DNA of 64,000 nucleotides, taken from the NCBI GenBank assembly GCA_963713845.1, contig CAVQNJ010000025.1, positions 169,417 to 233,416 on the forward strand. The letters are read 5' to 3'. Made by a program: the position numbers and the translations under genes. Position 1 is the stretch's first letter. Every line of letters begins with the position of its first letter. The notes under the pieces were generated by a model. That model did no database searches. It was not told the DNA's origin and saw only the letters and a program-made list of their open reading frames with translations. Shown here piece after piece: positions 48,638-61,349 of the stretch. Origin of the DNA: an uncultured Alphaproteobacteria bacterium (GTDB lineage: Bacteria; Pseudomonadota; Alphaproteobacteria; Rhizobiales; Beijerinckiaceae).

Positions 48638-50281
48638 ATGCGCATCCTCTTCATCCACCCGAATTATCACTCAGGCGGCGCGGAGATCGCGGGCAATTGG
48701 CCTCCCGCCTGGGTCGCCTATCTCTCCGGCGCCCTGAAGAGGGCCGGCTACACAGATGTGAAGTTCATCGATGCGATGACCTTCGACATCGGGGACGAGG
48801 CTCTGCGAGAGGCGATCGCGGATTATGCGCCCGATGTTGTCGGCGCAACGTCGATCACGCCGTCGATCTACAAGGCGCAGCATGTGCTCAAGCTCGCGAA
48901 GGAAGCGGCGCCACAGGCGATCACGGTTCTCGGCGGCGTGCACGCGACCTTCATGTATCGTCAGGTGCTCGCCGAGGCGCCCTGGATCGACGCCATCGTG
49001 CGCGGCGAAGGCGAGGAAATCATCGTCAATCTGGTCGGAGCCATCACGAAGGGCGCTGGCCGTCGCAACGCGACGCCATCAAAGGCCTTGCTTATGCGCA
49101 GGACGGCAAGGTCGTTGCGACCGCCGCGGCTCCGACAGTGAAAGATATCGAACTCGATCGTTGCCGATTGGAGCATCCTGAACTGGGAAAAGTACAATTA
49201 CATCCCGCTCGGCGTTAAAGTGGCGATCCCCAATATGGCGCGCGGCTGCCCCTTTACCTGTAGCTTCTGCAGCCAGTGGAAATTCTGGCGCGACTACCGC
49301 ATTCGCGACCCGAAGAGAGTCGTCGATGAAATTGAAACATTGCAGCGCGATCACGGCGTCGGTTTTTTCATCCTCGCCGACGAGGAGCCGACGATCAACA
49401 AGAAGAAATTCGTCGCCTTCTGCCAGGAGCTGATCGACCGAAAGCTCGACATACTTTGGGGCATCAACACGCGCGTGACTGACATTCTGCGAGATGAGGA
49501 GCTTCTTCCCTTCTATCGCAAGGCCGGCCTCATCCATGTCTCGCTCGGCACAGAGGCGGCCGCGCAACTCAAACTCGATCTCTTCAACAAGGAAACGACC
49601 GTCGCGCAGAATAAGCGCGCGGTGGAGCTATTGCGCGACGCCGGCATCGTCGTCGAGGCGCAATTCATCGTCGGGCTGGAGAACGAGACAGCGGAGACGC
49701 TGGAAGAGACGTATCGGATGGCGCAGGACTGGAAGCCGGACCTCGCCAACTGGTCGATGTATACGCCCTGGCCTTTCTCGGATCTTTTCAAGGAACTTGG
49801 CGACAAGGTCGAGATCTTCGATTACGAGAAATATAATTTCGTCACGCCGATCATCAGACCGCAGGCGATGGATCGTGGTGAGCTGCTTGACCGCGTCATG
49901 AACAATTACCGTCGGTTCTATATGAAGAAGGCGCTCTTTTCCTATCCCTGGGCCGGCAGCGGCCAGCGTCGCCGCTATCTCCTCGGTTGCCTGAAAGCTT
50001 TCCTCAAGGCGGGCTTCGAGCGCAAATTCTACGATCTCGGCAAGGTCGATTATTGGGGCCCTCAGTCTCGAAAGAAAGTGAAGTTCAACTTCGACGCCAC
50101 GCGAAAGCGCGCCGCCGATGAGGATGTCGAATGGCAGGTCACGCATAACCGTCACCCCAGCACAATGCATGACGCGGCGCAGGCAATGGCCTGCGGTGGC
50201 GGCAAACAGCAACTCGAAGACGGCGGTGGACGACGAACCGCTCGACGCCATCCTCGTGCCGGAGCGCGCGAAAGCGCATGA
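48638..50281 (+). CDS. bchE: Anaerobic Mg-protoporphyrin IX monomethyl ester cyclase (B12/radical SAM; frameshifts ~49050-49160)
   Basis: [19 protein letters not shown] and [13 protein letters not shown] motifs. Confidence 0.95.
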
Positions 50282-50890
50282 GCATCACGTCCATTGAAAC
50301 GGCGGACGCCGTCGCCGTTGTGGGCCCCAACGCCATCACGCGAATGGCCGAGATCACTGTTGGCCGCGGGCGGAGACGAGCTTTGCCGGGAGATTTTCGC
50401 ATCGGCGGGACTCTCGGCTTATCTTGTGCGCCCGCCGACGCAGATGATTCCGGAAATCGACGTTGCGCAACTCCATCAGGCTGCAATCGAAAGGCTTGGC
50501 GAAGCTCGCTCGGCCGATATCTCGCGTGACGCCGGTCGGCGCACTGGCGATTATCTCCTCGCGCATCGAATACCGGGGCTGGCCGCAGCGCGTCTTGAAA
50601 AAGCTGCCGCGCGAGCTTGCGGCGCGCATACTTGTCGCGGCCATCGCGCGCCACGCCTGGACTTTCGCCGGCGGCGGGGCTTTCTCTTACGAATTTTCGC
50701 CGCAACTGACGTTGCGACTGATGGGCTCGCCGATCTGCAAGGGGCTCCGCACACAGGAGCCGGCGTGCACCTATTTCGCCGCGACATTCGAGCGCGTGTT
50801 CAGAGAAATGCTCGGGCCGTCGTTCGCGTGCACGAAATCTACTGCGAAGCGACCGGCGCGCCGGCCTGCGTCTTCGAGGTTCAGTGGTAA
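50278..50890 (+). CDS. bchJ: BchJ (frameshifted)
   Basis: [28 protein letters not shown] and C...GAPACVFE (V4R-like); follows bchE. Confidence 0.88.
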
Positions 50891-50899
50891 AAGCCGCGA

Positions 50900-51274
50900 C
50901 TATTTGGCCGGGACAAGCCAATCTTCGGCCGGCGAATAGCCTTCGCCTACCGCTTTTTGGTAATGCATGGTCAGTCCGCTGATCGCCTTGGCCAAGGCGT
51001 CTCCCGGCGATTCAGCCTCCGGGACACAACTCCAATTTGGGCAGGGCTGACGCGGCGTCTTGATCGCGTGACTCTGCCGATAGGCGGTTCGCGAACCCCA
51101 TATCTTGCGCAGACGGATCGTGACAACCGTCTGGAGCGCCCCGACCCGAATGAGATATGCGCCTTCGTCGTCGCGCCTCTGAACGAGGCTAATACAATCG
51201 TCCTGCAGCGCCCTGTCCACAGTGCACACGGGGTCCGTCCTCCCTTTGTCTCCAGCGAACGGAATGCTCATCAA
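50900..51274 (-). CDS. Hypothetical protein (124 aa)
   Basis: Uninterrupted ORF filling the gap between bchJ and the puf terminator; AT-richer upstream region. Confidence 0.6.
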   Translation of the reverse strand: MMSIPFAGDKGRTDPVCTVDRALQDDCISLVQRRDDEGAYLIRVGALQTVVTIRLRKIWGSRTAYRQSHAIKTPRQPCPNWSCVPEAESPGDALAKAISGLTMHYQKAVGEGYSPAEDWLVPAK

Positions 51275-51330
51275 ATTGCGAATTCGGCAAAATCACTATC
51301 GTTAACAAGCGAGACCTTTTCAGGAGCCCG

Positions 51331-51363
51331 AAAGAAGTCTGGCCGACCTGCGCCGGCCAGACT
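51331..51363 (-). terminator. Terminator of the puf operon
   Basis: 10-bp stem AGTCTGGCCG/CGGCCAGACT followed by TCTTT on the minus strand, right after the pufC stop. Confidence 0.7.
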
Positions 51364-51366
51364 GCT

Positions 51367-52401
51367 TTACGTCAGGGCGCGGCCTTGCCGCCAGAGCTCC
51401 GGAAAGTCCTTTGCCAGACTTTGCCCCAGAAGCGGCTTGCTGGCCCCCTGATGGCAGGTCGCGCAATTCGCTTTCGGACTGTCGCCGGTTGGCCCGAGCC
51501 GATGCGGCGGATAGATCTGCATGCAACGGTTCGAGATAGACGGCATTGAGCTCCCGCAGCATATCGAGGCCATGCCAGGCGACGGTACGCTGCGGCTTGC
51601 TTTCTTCCCAGCCCCCGAAATTGCGCGTGTTATGGCAGAAGGTGCAATTGACGCCCAGCGCTTCAGACATGTGGATCATGAGCGAAAAGCTCTGCTCCGT
51701 TTGCTGGATCGATGCGCCCGCGATCGCCGGCAGCGCCGTCTTGCCCTCGACGCGAAGATTGTCGTCGCCGAGAAGATGCGGCGTGAATGGATCGACCGGC
51801 AATGCGGTGTCGCCATTCGACTTTGACGGATGTCCGAAGCCATAATTGTGCGCCGACATGCCGCCTGCATGCGGTCCGCCCGGATTCTCGAACCAGATAT
51901 TGCTCGGAACGGGCTGGCCACGATGACAGGTATAGCAGGTGACGCCGGTATTCCCGACATGCGCCGTATAGGTCCTTGTTGATGTGCCGCGTTCATCTCC
52001 AGCATGTGTCGAGCGACGATCTTTGTATAGAGCCCATCGTCAGCGAGATTTTCGGTATTGTGACAATAGGCGCAGCCCTGATCGGGCGAGACCCATTGCG
52101 TTATGGCGACCATCACCCGATTGAATTCCTCCGTGCTCAGATCGGTGAGAACCTTCACATTCTTGTAGGCCTGCGTCGCGCGCTCGCCCGAGGGAGAGGC
52201 CCTGTCGATTGGCTCGGGCAGTGCGTTCGCCGCTTCAAGAATGCGCTTGTTCTGCGCACTGATAAGCTGTTCCTGGCCTGTGCCGCGAAAGCCGGTCTGC
52301 ACGCCATAGATCGGCGGACGCACCCAGCCGGCGGTCAGCAGCATCGCTGCCGTCAGAAGCGCCGCTGCGACGACGCCGATGAGCGAGAAGGCTGTTTTCA
52401 T
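51367..52401 (-). CDS. pufC: Reaction center tetraheme cytochrome c subunit (frameshifted)
   Basis: Four CxxCH motifs across frames: CAYCH, CYTCH, CTFCH, CATCH; QTGFRGTG and YKNVKVL motifs. Confidence 0.93.
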
Positions 52402-53372
52402 GGCGTGCCTCCCGTAGCAAGAGCCGGATCGACGACAGGCGGAAAGGCGTGCGGATATTCCGGCGCGATGCCGTGAACGACGCCCCAAAGATACCAATTG
52501 TCGACGACCGTGCCGGTGAGCAGGATGCCGATGCCGCCAGTAAACGGGGTCAGCACCGCGAACCACCATGCCCAACGATGGATCAACTCCATCGTTGCGT
52601 TGAAGCCCATCGTCCAGCGCCAGAACAAAGCCGCGCGCTCGGACGCCGTGCCGCGATCGAGAATTTGCTCGATCTCACGCTCGCCGCCGAAGCGACCGAC
52701 CGCAAGAATTGTCGCGCCATGCATTGCGAAGAGAAGCGCCGAGCCATACAGGAAGGCGATGGAGAGCATATGGAAGGGATTATAGAAGAGATTCCCGTAG
52801 CGAATGGAGAACGCCGCGGTCCAGTCGAGATGCGGAAAGATCCCGAACGGGACCGCCTCACTCCAGCTTCCCATCAGCAACGGCCGTATGAAGCCGAGCA
52901 CGAGATAGAGCCATATCGCCGAAAGAAACGCCCAGGCCGTATGCGTGCCGAGACCCAGCGCCCGCGCGCGACGATACATGCGCCACCACCAGAGCAGCAC
53001 GGATGACGTCAGGAAGAAGCCAGCGATGAGCCACCAGCCGCCTTCCCGCAGCGGCGGGAAGATCTTGAGTCCGTATTGCGGCTTCGGCGGCTCCAGCGCG
53101 AGCCAGGGCAATTGCCGCACGAATTGCACCGGATCCCAGTTCACCGACGCCCACATATTGAGGCCGATGATTTCAAAGGCGATGAAGCCCGCAATGAGCG
53201 ACAGCAGCCCTGTATAGCCGAGATAGATCGGCCCGATCTGCGCATTGCCGATACGGCCGAGCAGATGCGAGAACGTCGCAGACGAACGATCCTCGTTGGG
53301 AATCGGCACGCCCATGTCAGGCGCCGCGCCGCGGACCTGAACCTGCGTGAAGATGTTTTGATAATAGGCCAC
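52398..53372 (-). CDS. pufM: Reaction center M subunit
   Basis: [26 protein letters not shown] and WRWTMGFNA motifs. Confidence 0.98.
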   Translation of the reverse strand: MAYYQNIFTQVQVRGAAPDMGVPIPNEDRSSATFSHLLGRIGNAQIGPIYLGYTGLLSLIAGFIAFEIIGLNMWASVNWDPVQFVRQLPWLALEPPKPQYGLKIFPPLREGGWWLIAGFFLTSSVLLWWWRMYRRARALGLGTHTAWAFLSAIWLYLVLGFIRPLLMGSWSEAVPFGIFPHLDWTAAFSIRYGNLFYNPFHMLSIAFLYGSALLFAMHGATILAVGRFGGEREIEQILDRGTASERAALFWRWTMGFNATMELIHRWAWWFAVLTPFTGGIGILLTGTVVDNWYLWGVVHGIAPEYPHAFPPVVDPALATGGTP

Positions 53373-53390
53373 GGATTCTCTCCCTTACGC

Positions 53391-54217
<827 letters not shown>

Positions 54218-54254
54218 GGCCGCGCCTCCCTCGGAAATCATTCAGGAATTGGCG

Positions 54255-54292
54255 GCCGCGGGCGGAAGCGAGACGGCGCGTCCGTCCGCGGC
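54255..54292 (-). other. pufA-pufL intercistronic stem-loop
   Basis: GCCGCGGACGGA/TCCGCCCGCGGC, 11 of 12 bp paired. Confidence 0.6.
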
Positions 54293-54312
54293 GTGATGGC
54301 GATCGAGAACGA

Positions 54313-54499
54313 TCAGCCGAACGAGTTCGGCGTCGTCATCTCGATCTGCCCCGTCTTCTGCGCACGCGGCCCTTCCAGCCAATTGAACCGGTCGGTGCTG
54401 AGCAGGATGAAGTGGATCAGCAAGCGCCAGCGTGAACAGAAAGGCGGCGAGCGCGACGAGCACGCGGCGCGGATCGAAAAGCAGCCATATCTTGTGCAT
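54313..54499 (-). CDS. pufA: LH1 alpha polypeptide (frameshift ~54422)
   Basis: MHKIWLLFDPRRVLVAL...then IHFILLSTDRFNWLEG in the shifted frame. Confidence 0.93.
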
Positions 54500-54511
54500 G
54501 GCGAACTCCTA

Positions 54512-54736
54512 TCAGCCGATGAGCGACAGCGCGGCGTGCGCGACGTTGGTCACGCCGTCGAGCAGCGCATATCCCTTCGGGCCGGGCAGCCAGGGCCGCC
54601 AGTTCCACACCAGCACATGCGCGATGATCGCGATGACGGTGAAGATCAGGAAGCTCTTGATGAAGAGACTATGGAATTCCAGAGCCTCGGCCTCTGTCAG
54701 TCCTGACAGAGAACTCCTCTCTTTATCGATGGCCAT
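54512..54736 (-). CDS. pufB: LH1 beta polypeptide
   Basis: SLSGLTEAEALEFH...AHVLVWNWRPW; GGAGG RBS. Confidence 0.96.
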   Translation of the reverse strand: MAIDKERSSLSGLTEAEALEFHSLFIKSFLIFTVIAIIAHVLVWNWRPWLPGPKGYALLDGVTNVAHAALSLIG

Positions 54737-54823
54737 GATTGACCTCCGTTGGCATTGCCGCGCACGCCTTACGCGGCGGAAGCATCGCGGCCCTCAAGGA
54801 TCGCGACAGGCGTTTCGCTCGGG

Positions 54824-55069
54824 TTAATCCCGGGCGAAGCTCTGCAGCATCGCGCGCGCCATCAGCGCATATGAAATCGCTATGGACATATTTTCGCGCG
54901 CCTCGCTGATGACGGATTTCGCCGGCGACGCCGCTCTCGGCCGGAAAATGGAAGCGCGCGCGGAATGACCGCCGCCGCCGAGGAAAAACGGAAAGAGCGC
55001 GCCGAACAGCAGCAAAACCTTGAATTCGTCGCCGCGCGTAGTCGAAGGCGAATAGGTTGTCGAGCTCAT
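54824..55069 (-). CDS. Small PufQ-like membrane protein (alternative start 55120)
   Basis: AAGGAGAGG RBS; EF followed by a hydrophobic stretch and a SVISEARE motif; sits between bchZ and pufB. Confidence 0.5.
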   Translation of the reverse strand: MSSTTYSPSTTRGDEFKVLLLFGALFPFFLGGGGHSARASIFRPRAASPAKSVISEARENMSIAISYALMARAMLQSFARD

Positions 55070-55116
55070 GACCTCTCCTTCCCTGTGAAATGATGCTGTG
55101 CGATGCATCGCGTCAG

Positions 55117-56578
55117 TCATGCGGCCCATCTCCATCACCAGCTTGCGCGCATGTTCGACGCGCGCGCTTGTGACCTGATCGTCGCCTGCGCGACGCGCCT
55201 CGCCTTCGGCGGCGTCTCGCAGCCGCTTGGCGGCGGAAATGCGCACGAGAACCGGCGTCGCCTCGACGAGTTCGTCAAGCAGACGCTTGGCTTCGTCGTC
55301 CCAAGGAATTTCGCGATGCAGACGTGCGGGCGTCGCCTCGACCTTGTCGAGCTCCGTGCCGAGCGGCAGAATGTTGAATAGCGCGTCGAACAGCGCGTTG
55401 CAGACTTCCTGCACGAGATAGACGGCGCCCGCGTAGCCCATGAAGGGCGTGCCGGTATGGCGCCGGATGACGCGCCGGGAAAGGACGCCGGAATATACAT
55501 GGCGCGGCCGCCCGCTTCGGCGGCGTACATGCGTTCATTATAGCTGCCGAACAGAACGAGCGGCGGCGTTTCGCGGATCAGCTCTGCGCACGGCGGCGTT
55601 GTCGGTTTTCTCGCCGGGCTTGCGCGCCGATCGCGAAAGTGCAGGGCAGACCCATTTCGTTTTCGAGAAAGTGCCGCACGCCGCGCGCATAGGTTTCCGT
55701 CGCGACGATGCCGAAGGAGGCGGTGCCGAAGAAGTCCTGCGTGACCGAGCGCCAGAGATCCCAAAGCGGCTTGATCGTCGTGTGCTTCTCGCGCTCGATG
55801 AAGGGCTCCGGATCGAGGCCCAGCTCCTCGCCGAGCTTGCGCAGGAATTTGGTCGTGCTGTGCAGGCCGATCGGCGCCTGGAGATAGGGGCGATCCAGCG
55901 CCTCGCAGAGCTGGCGGCCGAATTCGCGATACATGCAGATATTGACGTCGGCGTCGGCGAGACGCGGCACATCCGCGAGGTGGCTGCCGAGCGGGAAAGA
56001 CCATGTTGATTTCGGCGCCGATGCCCTTCGACGAGGCGACGGATCTCGGCGAGATCGGAGGGCATGTTGAAGACGCCGTAGCAGGGGCCGATAATGTTGA
56101 CGCGCGGCTTTTCGCCTGGCGCGCGCGCTCCTTGCGTTTAGGCGCCCGGCCCTTCTTCAGGCCATATTCGCTCCAAAGCCAGCTCATGGCGCGATTGGCG
56201 CACTGCCACTGATCCTCGTCGATCGTGCGCGGCAGAAAGCGCTGGATGCCTGTGCCTTCCGGCGTCACGCCGCCGCCGATCATTTCGGCGATCGAGCCGG
56301 TGACGACGACGCTCGGCAGATCGGGATCGAGCGTCGCATGCGCGCGCTTCATCGCGCCTTCGGTGCCGTGGCGGCCGAGCTCTTCTTCCGACAGTCCCGT
56401 GACGACGATCGGCAGTTCATGCGGCGGCAGCGCGTCGGTGTAGTGCAGCACCGAGGTGACCGGAAGATTCTCGCAGCCGACCGGGCCGTCGATGACGACC
56501 TGCAAGCCCCTTGATCGCCGTGAAGACATAGACGGCGCCCCAATAGCCGCCGGCGCGATCGTGATCGAGGACTAGCAT
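55117..56578 (-). CDS. bchZ: Chlorophyllide reductase subunit Z (frameshifted)
   Basis: [27 protein letters not shown] and [12 protein letters not shown] motifs. Confidence 0.92.
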
Positions 56579-58135
56579 GCGCCCATCTCCTCGGTCGGCT
56601 CTGTGCGCCATTTTCGCGCGATGCTTCTTGCGGAACTCGGGGCGATCGCGCGGCGTGTCCTGCCAGACTCCGGCGGCGAAGCCCGTGCCGACGCCCGCGA
56701 AGAAATCGTTCATCTCGTCGAAGCGCGACTGATTGCCGATCGCGGTGTTGATGACCTGTGCGAGCGAACCCGCGCCGGCGACGCCCATCAGCGGACGCGC
56801 GGAGATGAGATTGGTGAAATAGAGCGCCGGCGTCGCGCTTCTGCTTCGCCTTCTGCACCACGGGCGTCGTGCCGATGGCGAGATCCGGCTTGAATTCGTC
56901 GAAGGCGGCGAAATCCTGTTCGAGCGAGGCGCGGAACTGCACATGCACGCCCTTCGCTTCAAGCCATTCGCGGTCGGCATCGTTGAAGCGCGTGCGCGGA
57001 CAGGCCGTGCCGACATAGCGCAGATCGGCGCCCGACTCGACAAGCAGGCGCCCGACGAGAAGCTCGGAGCCTTCATAGCCGGAAAGCGTGATGCGGCCCT
57101 TGATCGGCGTCGCCGACAGCGCGCCTTTGATCGCGGGCAGCAGGCGCGCCTTCGCGGCGTCGATCTTGTCGCGCGCGACATTGCAGGCGGCGCCGATATT
57201 TTCGAGCCAGGCGGCCGTGCCGTCATGACCGACCGGCGCCGAGCCGACGACGCTGCGTCCGGCCGCTTCGAATTCGCGCACGCAGGAGGCGTAGAAGGGA
57301 TGGATCGCCGCGACCGCCGCGCAATCCAGCGCGCCATAGAGTTCGCGCCATTCGCGCGTCGGGACGACCGGCCCGGCGGCGAGGCCGAGCAGATCGAGCA
57401 TCGCGCCGATCTGCATCGGATCGGCCGGGAACATCTCGCCGAGCAGAGAAATGGTCGGCTTTTCCGGCGCGCGGCGCGCGCGGCGCCTGGACCGGACCCT
57501 GTTCGGCCTCGAGCCGCGCGAAGCGCAGCATGGCGCCGGCGAGCACATCCTTGGCTTCCGCATGCGTCGGCACGCCGAATCCCGGCACGTCGATGCCGAT
57601 GATGCGCACGCCGTCGATCTCTTTCGGCAGCAGGCGCAGCGGCACGCCGGAGGCGGTCGGCACGCAGAGATTGATGACGACGACCGCGTCGTAATTGCGC
57701 GGGATCGGCGAGCTGATACACCGCCTCGCGAATATCCTCGAACAGCTTGCCAGTGACGAGCGTCTCCGAATTGAACGGCACATAGCCGACCGTGCGCTTG
57801 GCGCCGTAGAAATGCGAGGTGAAGGTCAGGCCGTAAACGCAGCAGGCGGAGCCCGACAGCACCATGGCGGTGCGGCGCATGCGCAGGCCGACGCGCAGCG
57901 AACCGAAGGCCGGGCACATGCTTTGCGGCTGGTCATGCGGACCTTGCGGATAATCCTTCGCATATTGGCCGAGCGTCTCGCTCATGCCCGGCGGCCTGCG
58001 CGGCGGCGCGCATCTTGTTCCTTGCCCGCGTGGCATCCGAGCCCATCGCCTGACGCGGCCGCAGCGACGTCGCCAGTCGCTTTCGGCGCGTCGCGACGGG
58101 CGCGACTGTGTCTGATGGGAGCCGAGATCGTCCAT
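56572..58135 (-). CDS. bchY: Chlorophyllide reductase subunit Y (frameshifted)
   Basis: GPHDQPQSMCPAFGS, SGSACCVYG, NLCVPTASG and YFTNLISARP motifs. Confidence 0.92.
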
Positions 58136-58147
58136 TGCGCCGCTCCG

Positions 58148-59171
58148 TCAGATGGTTTCGTAAACGACTTCGAGCGACGGCTTCTGCGTCAGCCGTTCCG
58201 CCGCACATGTCTTCGATGCGTCGCGGGCTCGAGCACCACGTCGCGTCCCGACGGACTCGCCCGAAGAAGAGGCCGAGCAGTTCGTCCTGCGTCAGCGGTT
58301 TGGGGCGATTGGGCTGCGAGCCCACGACATTCGCCGCGAGCTCCGCGAAGAGCGCGCCCCAGCGTCCGTCCGGACGGCCGATGATTTCGTAATTGGCGCT
58401 CTTGCGGCGGATATCGTCGTCGGCCGGAATCGAGGCGAGGATCGGGAATGCCGGCCGCGCTTTGCGAAGGCCTGCGCCTCGCCCGTGCCGTCATCCTTGT
58501 TGATGACGAGGCCGCCGACGCCGACATTGCCGCCGAGCTTGTGGAAATATTCCACCGCCGAACAGACATTGTTGGCGACATAAAGCGATTGCAGATCATT
58601 GGAGCCGACGACGATGACCTTCTGGCACATGTCGCGCGCGATCGGCAGGCCGAAGCCGCCACAGACCACGTCGCCGAGGAAGTCGAGCAGGACGTAGTCA
58701 AAGCCCCATTCATGGAAGCCGAGCTTTTCGAGCAGCTCGAAGCCGTGAATGATGCCGCGTCCGCCGCAGCCGCGACCGACTTCCGGACCGCCGAGCTCCA
58801 TGGCGAAGACGCCGTCGCGCTTGAAGCAGACGTCGCCGATGGCGACCTGATCGCCGGCGAGCTTCTTCTTCGTCGAGGTTTCGATGATGGTGGGGCAGGC
58901 GCGTCCGCCAAACAGCAGCGAGGTCGTGTCGCTCTTCGGATCGCAGCCGATCAGCAGCACTTTCTTGCCCTGCTGCGCCATCATGTAGGAGAGATTGGCA
59001 AGCGTGAAGCTCTTGCCGATGCCGCCCTTGCCATAGATCGCGATGATCTGCGTTTCCTTCGTCGCGGTCGCCGGAGCGGGATCGAGCGGCGCGGCGGCTT
59101 CTTCGCGCAGGCAGATGCGCCGGCGCATCGGCGAGTTCGGCGGCGGTCAGAAAGCCCTGCGCGTAATTCAT
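58148..59171 (-). CDS. bchX: Chlorophyllide reductase Fe protein X (frameshifted)
   Basis: [23 protein letters not shown] and [11 protein letters not shown] motifs. Confidence 0.93.
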
Positions 59172-60114
59172 GCGACCGCCCTCCAGTCGAGCACCATTTT
59201 GAGACAGCCGGATCGTTGAACGCGATCGGATAGGCGTCCTGCGCCTGCAGCGCGAAGCGCCGATGGGTGATGAGCTCGTCGAGCGAGAGGCGCCCCTCCT
59301 CGACGAGGCGCACAACGCCGGCGAGATCGTCGGGCCGCCATTGCGCGGCGACGCGCAGCCGCGCCTCGCGCATGAAGGCGGGCGGAAAGGCGAAAGCGAG
59401 CGGGCGCTCGTAGAAACCCGCGAGGACGATTTCGCCGCCCGGCGCGAGTCGCGCGATCAGATCATCGAGAATCTCCGGATCGCCGCTCACATCGTAGATG
59501 ACGCGATAGTCGCGGCGCGTATCCGCTGTCGGGATCGATGACGGCGTAGCCGTCGGCCGCCGCCGCTGCGACGCGCATCGCATTCCCAGACGGTCGGCTC
59601 GCCGCCTGCGGCGACGCTGAGGCGCGCAAGCAAGCCGGCCGAGCACGCCATGACCGACGATGAGTTCGCGTCCCTGCGGCGCGACGCCGCCGCGCGCATG
59701 ATAGGCGGTCGCCGCGAGCGCGAGAAGAACGCCCTTGTCGCCGAGCTCTCGTGGAATGGCGACGATGCGCGAGCCCTTGACGACGAGATGCGACGCCGCG
59801 CCGCCGAAGAGTCCGCGCACGGTTCCAAAACATGTCGCGCCCGGCGCAAAGACGCGCTGACCGACGGCAAAGCCGCTCTGCGGGCCGGCTTCGATCACTT
59901 CGCCGACGGTCTCATAGCCGGGCACGAGCGGATAGCCCATGCCGGGGAAATCGGGCATGCGCCCAGTGTAGAGAAGTCGTTCAGTGCCGGTGCTGATGCC
60001 GCTCCAGTTCGTTGCAACGACGACATCCGCGTCGCCGGGCGAGTCGATCGGCAGGCGGCTGAGCGCCAGCCTTCCGGGCTCCTCAAGGACGATGGCGAGC
60101 GCATTCAACATCAT
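59168..60114 (-). CDS. bchC: 3-hydroxyethyl bacteriochlorophyllide a dehydrogenase (frameshifted)
   Basis: SGISTGTERL, GMGYPLVPGYE, GHGVLGRL and FPPAFMRE motifs. Confidence 0.92.
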
Positions 60115-60161
60115 CGGCCTTCCGCGCATCTCGCGCGCGACCCGCGCTGGGGCTCGAAGAA

Positions 60162-60207
60162 TGTCAGTCTTATATAGACATAATAAAGCGTCAACTCAAA
60201 AATTACA
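60162..60207. promoter_or_regulatory. Tandem PpsR-like boxes upstream of bchC
   Basis: TGT-N13-ACA (60162-60180) and CGT-N13-ACA (60189-60207), 8 nt apart; each one base longer than consensus. Confidence 0.65.
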
Positions 60208-61340
60208 CTCTTCCGCCCGGTGACAATGCTCGCAAACATCGGTCGCGGACTGGCGAGATAGCGAATTGCTGTAAATCCAGCGGCTTGCAAGAGCTGCGTC
60301 ATTTCGGCCCTGCGGCGCGCGCGGCCGCTTCCCATGGCGAGCAGGTAAAAGCCGAAATAGGCGTCGCCGATCGCTTCAGCGCCAGGCGTTTCAGCCATAG
60401 GCTCGGCGATGAGAAGCGTCCCGCCCGGCGGTAAGGCCGCGTGCGCCGCGCGCAGCGCGGCGAAAGCCGTTTCATCGTCATGGTCATGCAGCACACGGAT
60501 CAGCGTCACGACGTCGGCGCCGGTCGGCAGCGGCGTATCGAGAAAGCTGCCGCCATGCACCTCGACGCGCGTCAAGTCCCTGCGCTGTCAAGGCCCCCCG
60601 CGCGCGCGGCGGCGACCGAGCGGCAGGTCGAAAAGCTGCAAGCGCAGCGCAGGATGGCGCGCCGCGACGGCCGCAACGAAAGCGCCCTCGCCGCCGCCGA
60701 CGTCGAGCAGGCTTTGGCGTCGTCGAAGGGATAGGCGTCGAGCACGTCCTCGGCGATGAGCGTCTGCGAGCGCGCCATCAACTCGCTATAGGCGCCGCAG
60801 GTTTCGGCATCGCCTGCGCCGGCCTTCCGCGTAGGGCCAGAATTGCGAGAGCCGCGTCTGCGCCTCGCCGCGCAGCAAGGCGACGGGATCGCGCAGATCG
60901 TCATAGAGCAGCGCATGATGCTCGACGAAGGCGCCGACTGACGGATTAGCCAGCATCGACGCGCCAAGGTCGTCGAGCGCGAAGCGATCGCCCGGCAGCG
61001 CGCGCAGCAGCTTCAGCGACGCGGCGGCGCGCAGCAGGCGCTGCGCCGCCTCCGGCGAAAGCTCGAGGCGCGCCGCGAACTGCGCCTGATGCAGCGGGCC
61101 GCGCGGCCAGAATCTCGAAGAGCCGCAGCCGCACGCAGGCGAGCAGGATCTGCGAATAGACGAAGCCCGCGCAAAGATCGAACAGCGCCTTGGCGCGACG
61201 CCGCGCGACGACGCGCGTCAGGGGAGAGGCGGCCGCCCAGCGCTGGAAACGCGGGATCCGCAACAAGCCGGTTGCGCCAGTTGATCCAGCGCTCGCGCCA
61301 CGGCGCGCGCGCCGGAGGCCGGAGGAAGAGCGGCCGACAC
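60203..61340 (-). CDS. crtF: Hydroxyneurosporene/carotenoid O-methyltransferase (frameshifted; ends approximate)
   Basis: FQRWAA..PLTR, LFDLCAGFVYSQ, DVGGG, RVLHDHDD and DAYFGFYLLAMGSGR motifs. Confidence 0.88.
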
Positions 61341-61349
61341 CGGCGCGGC

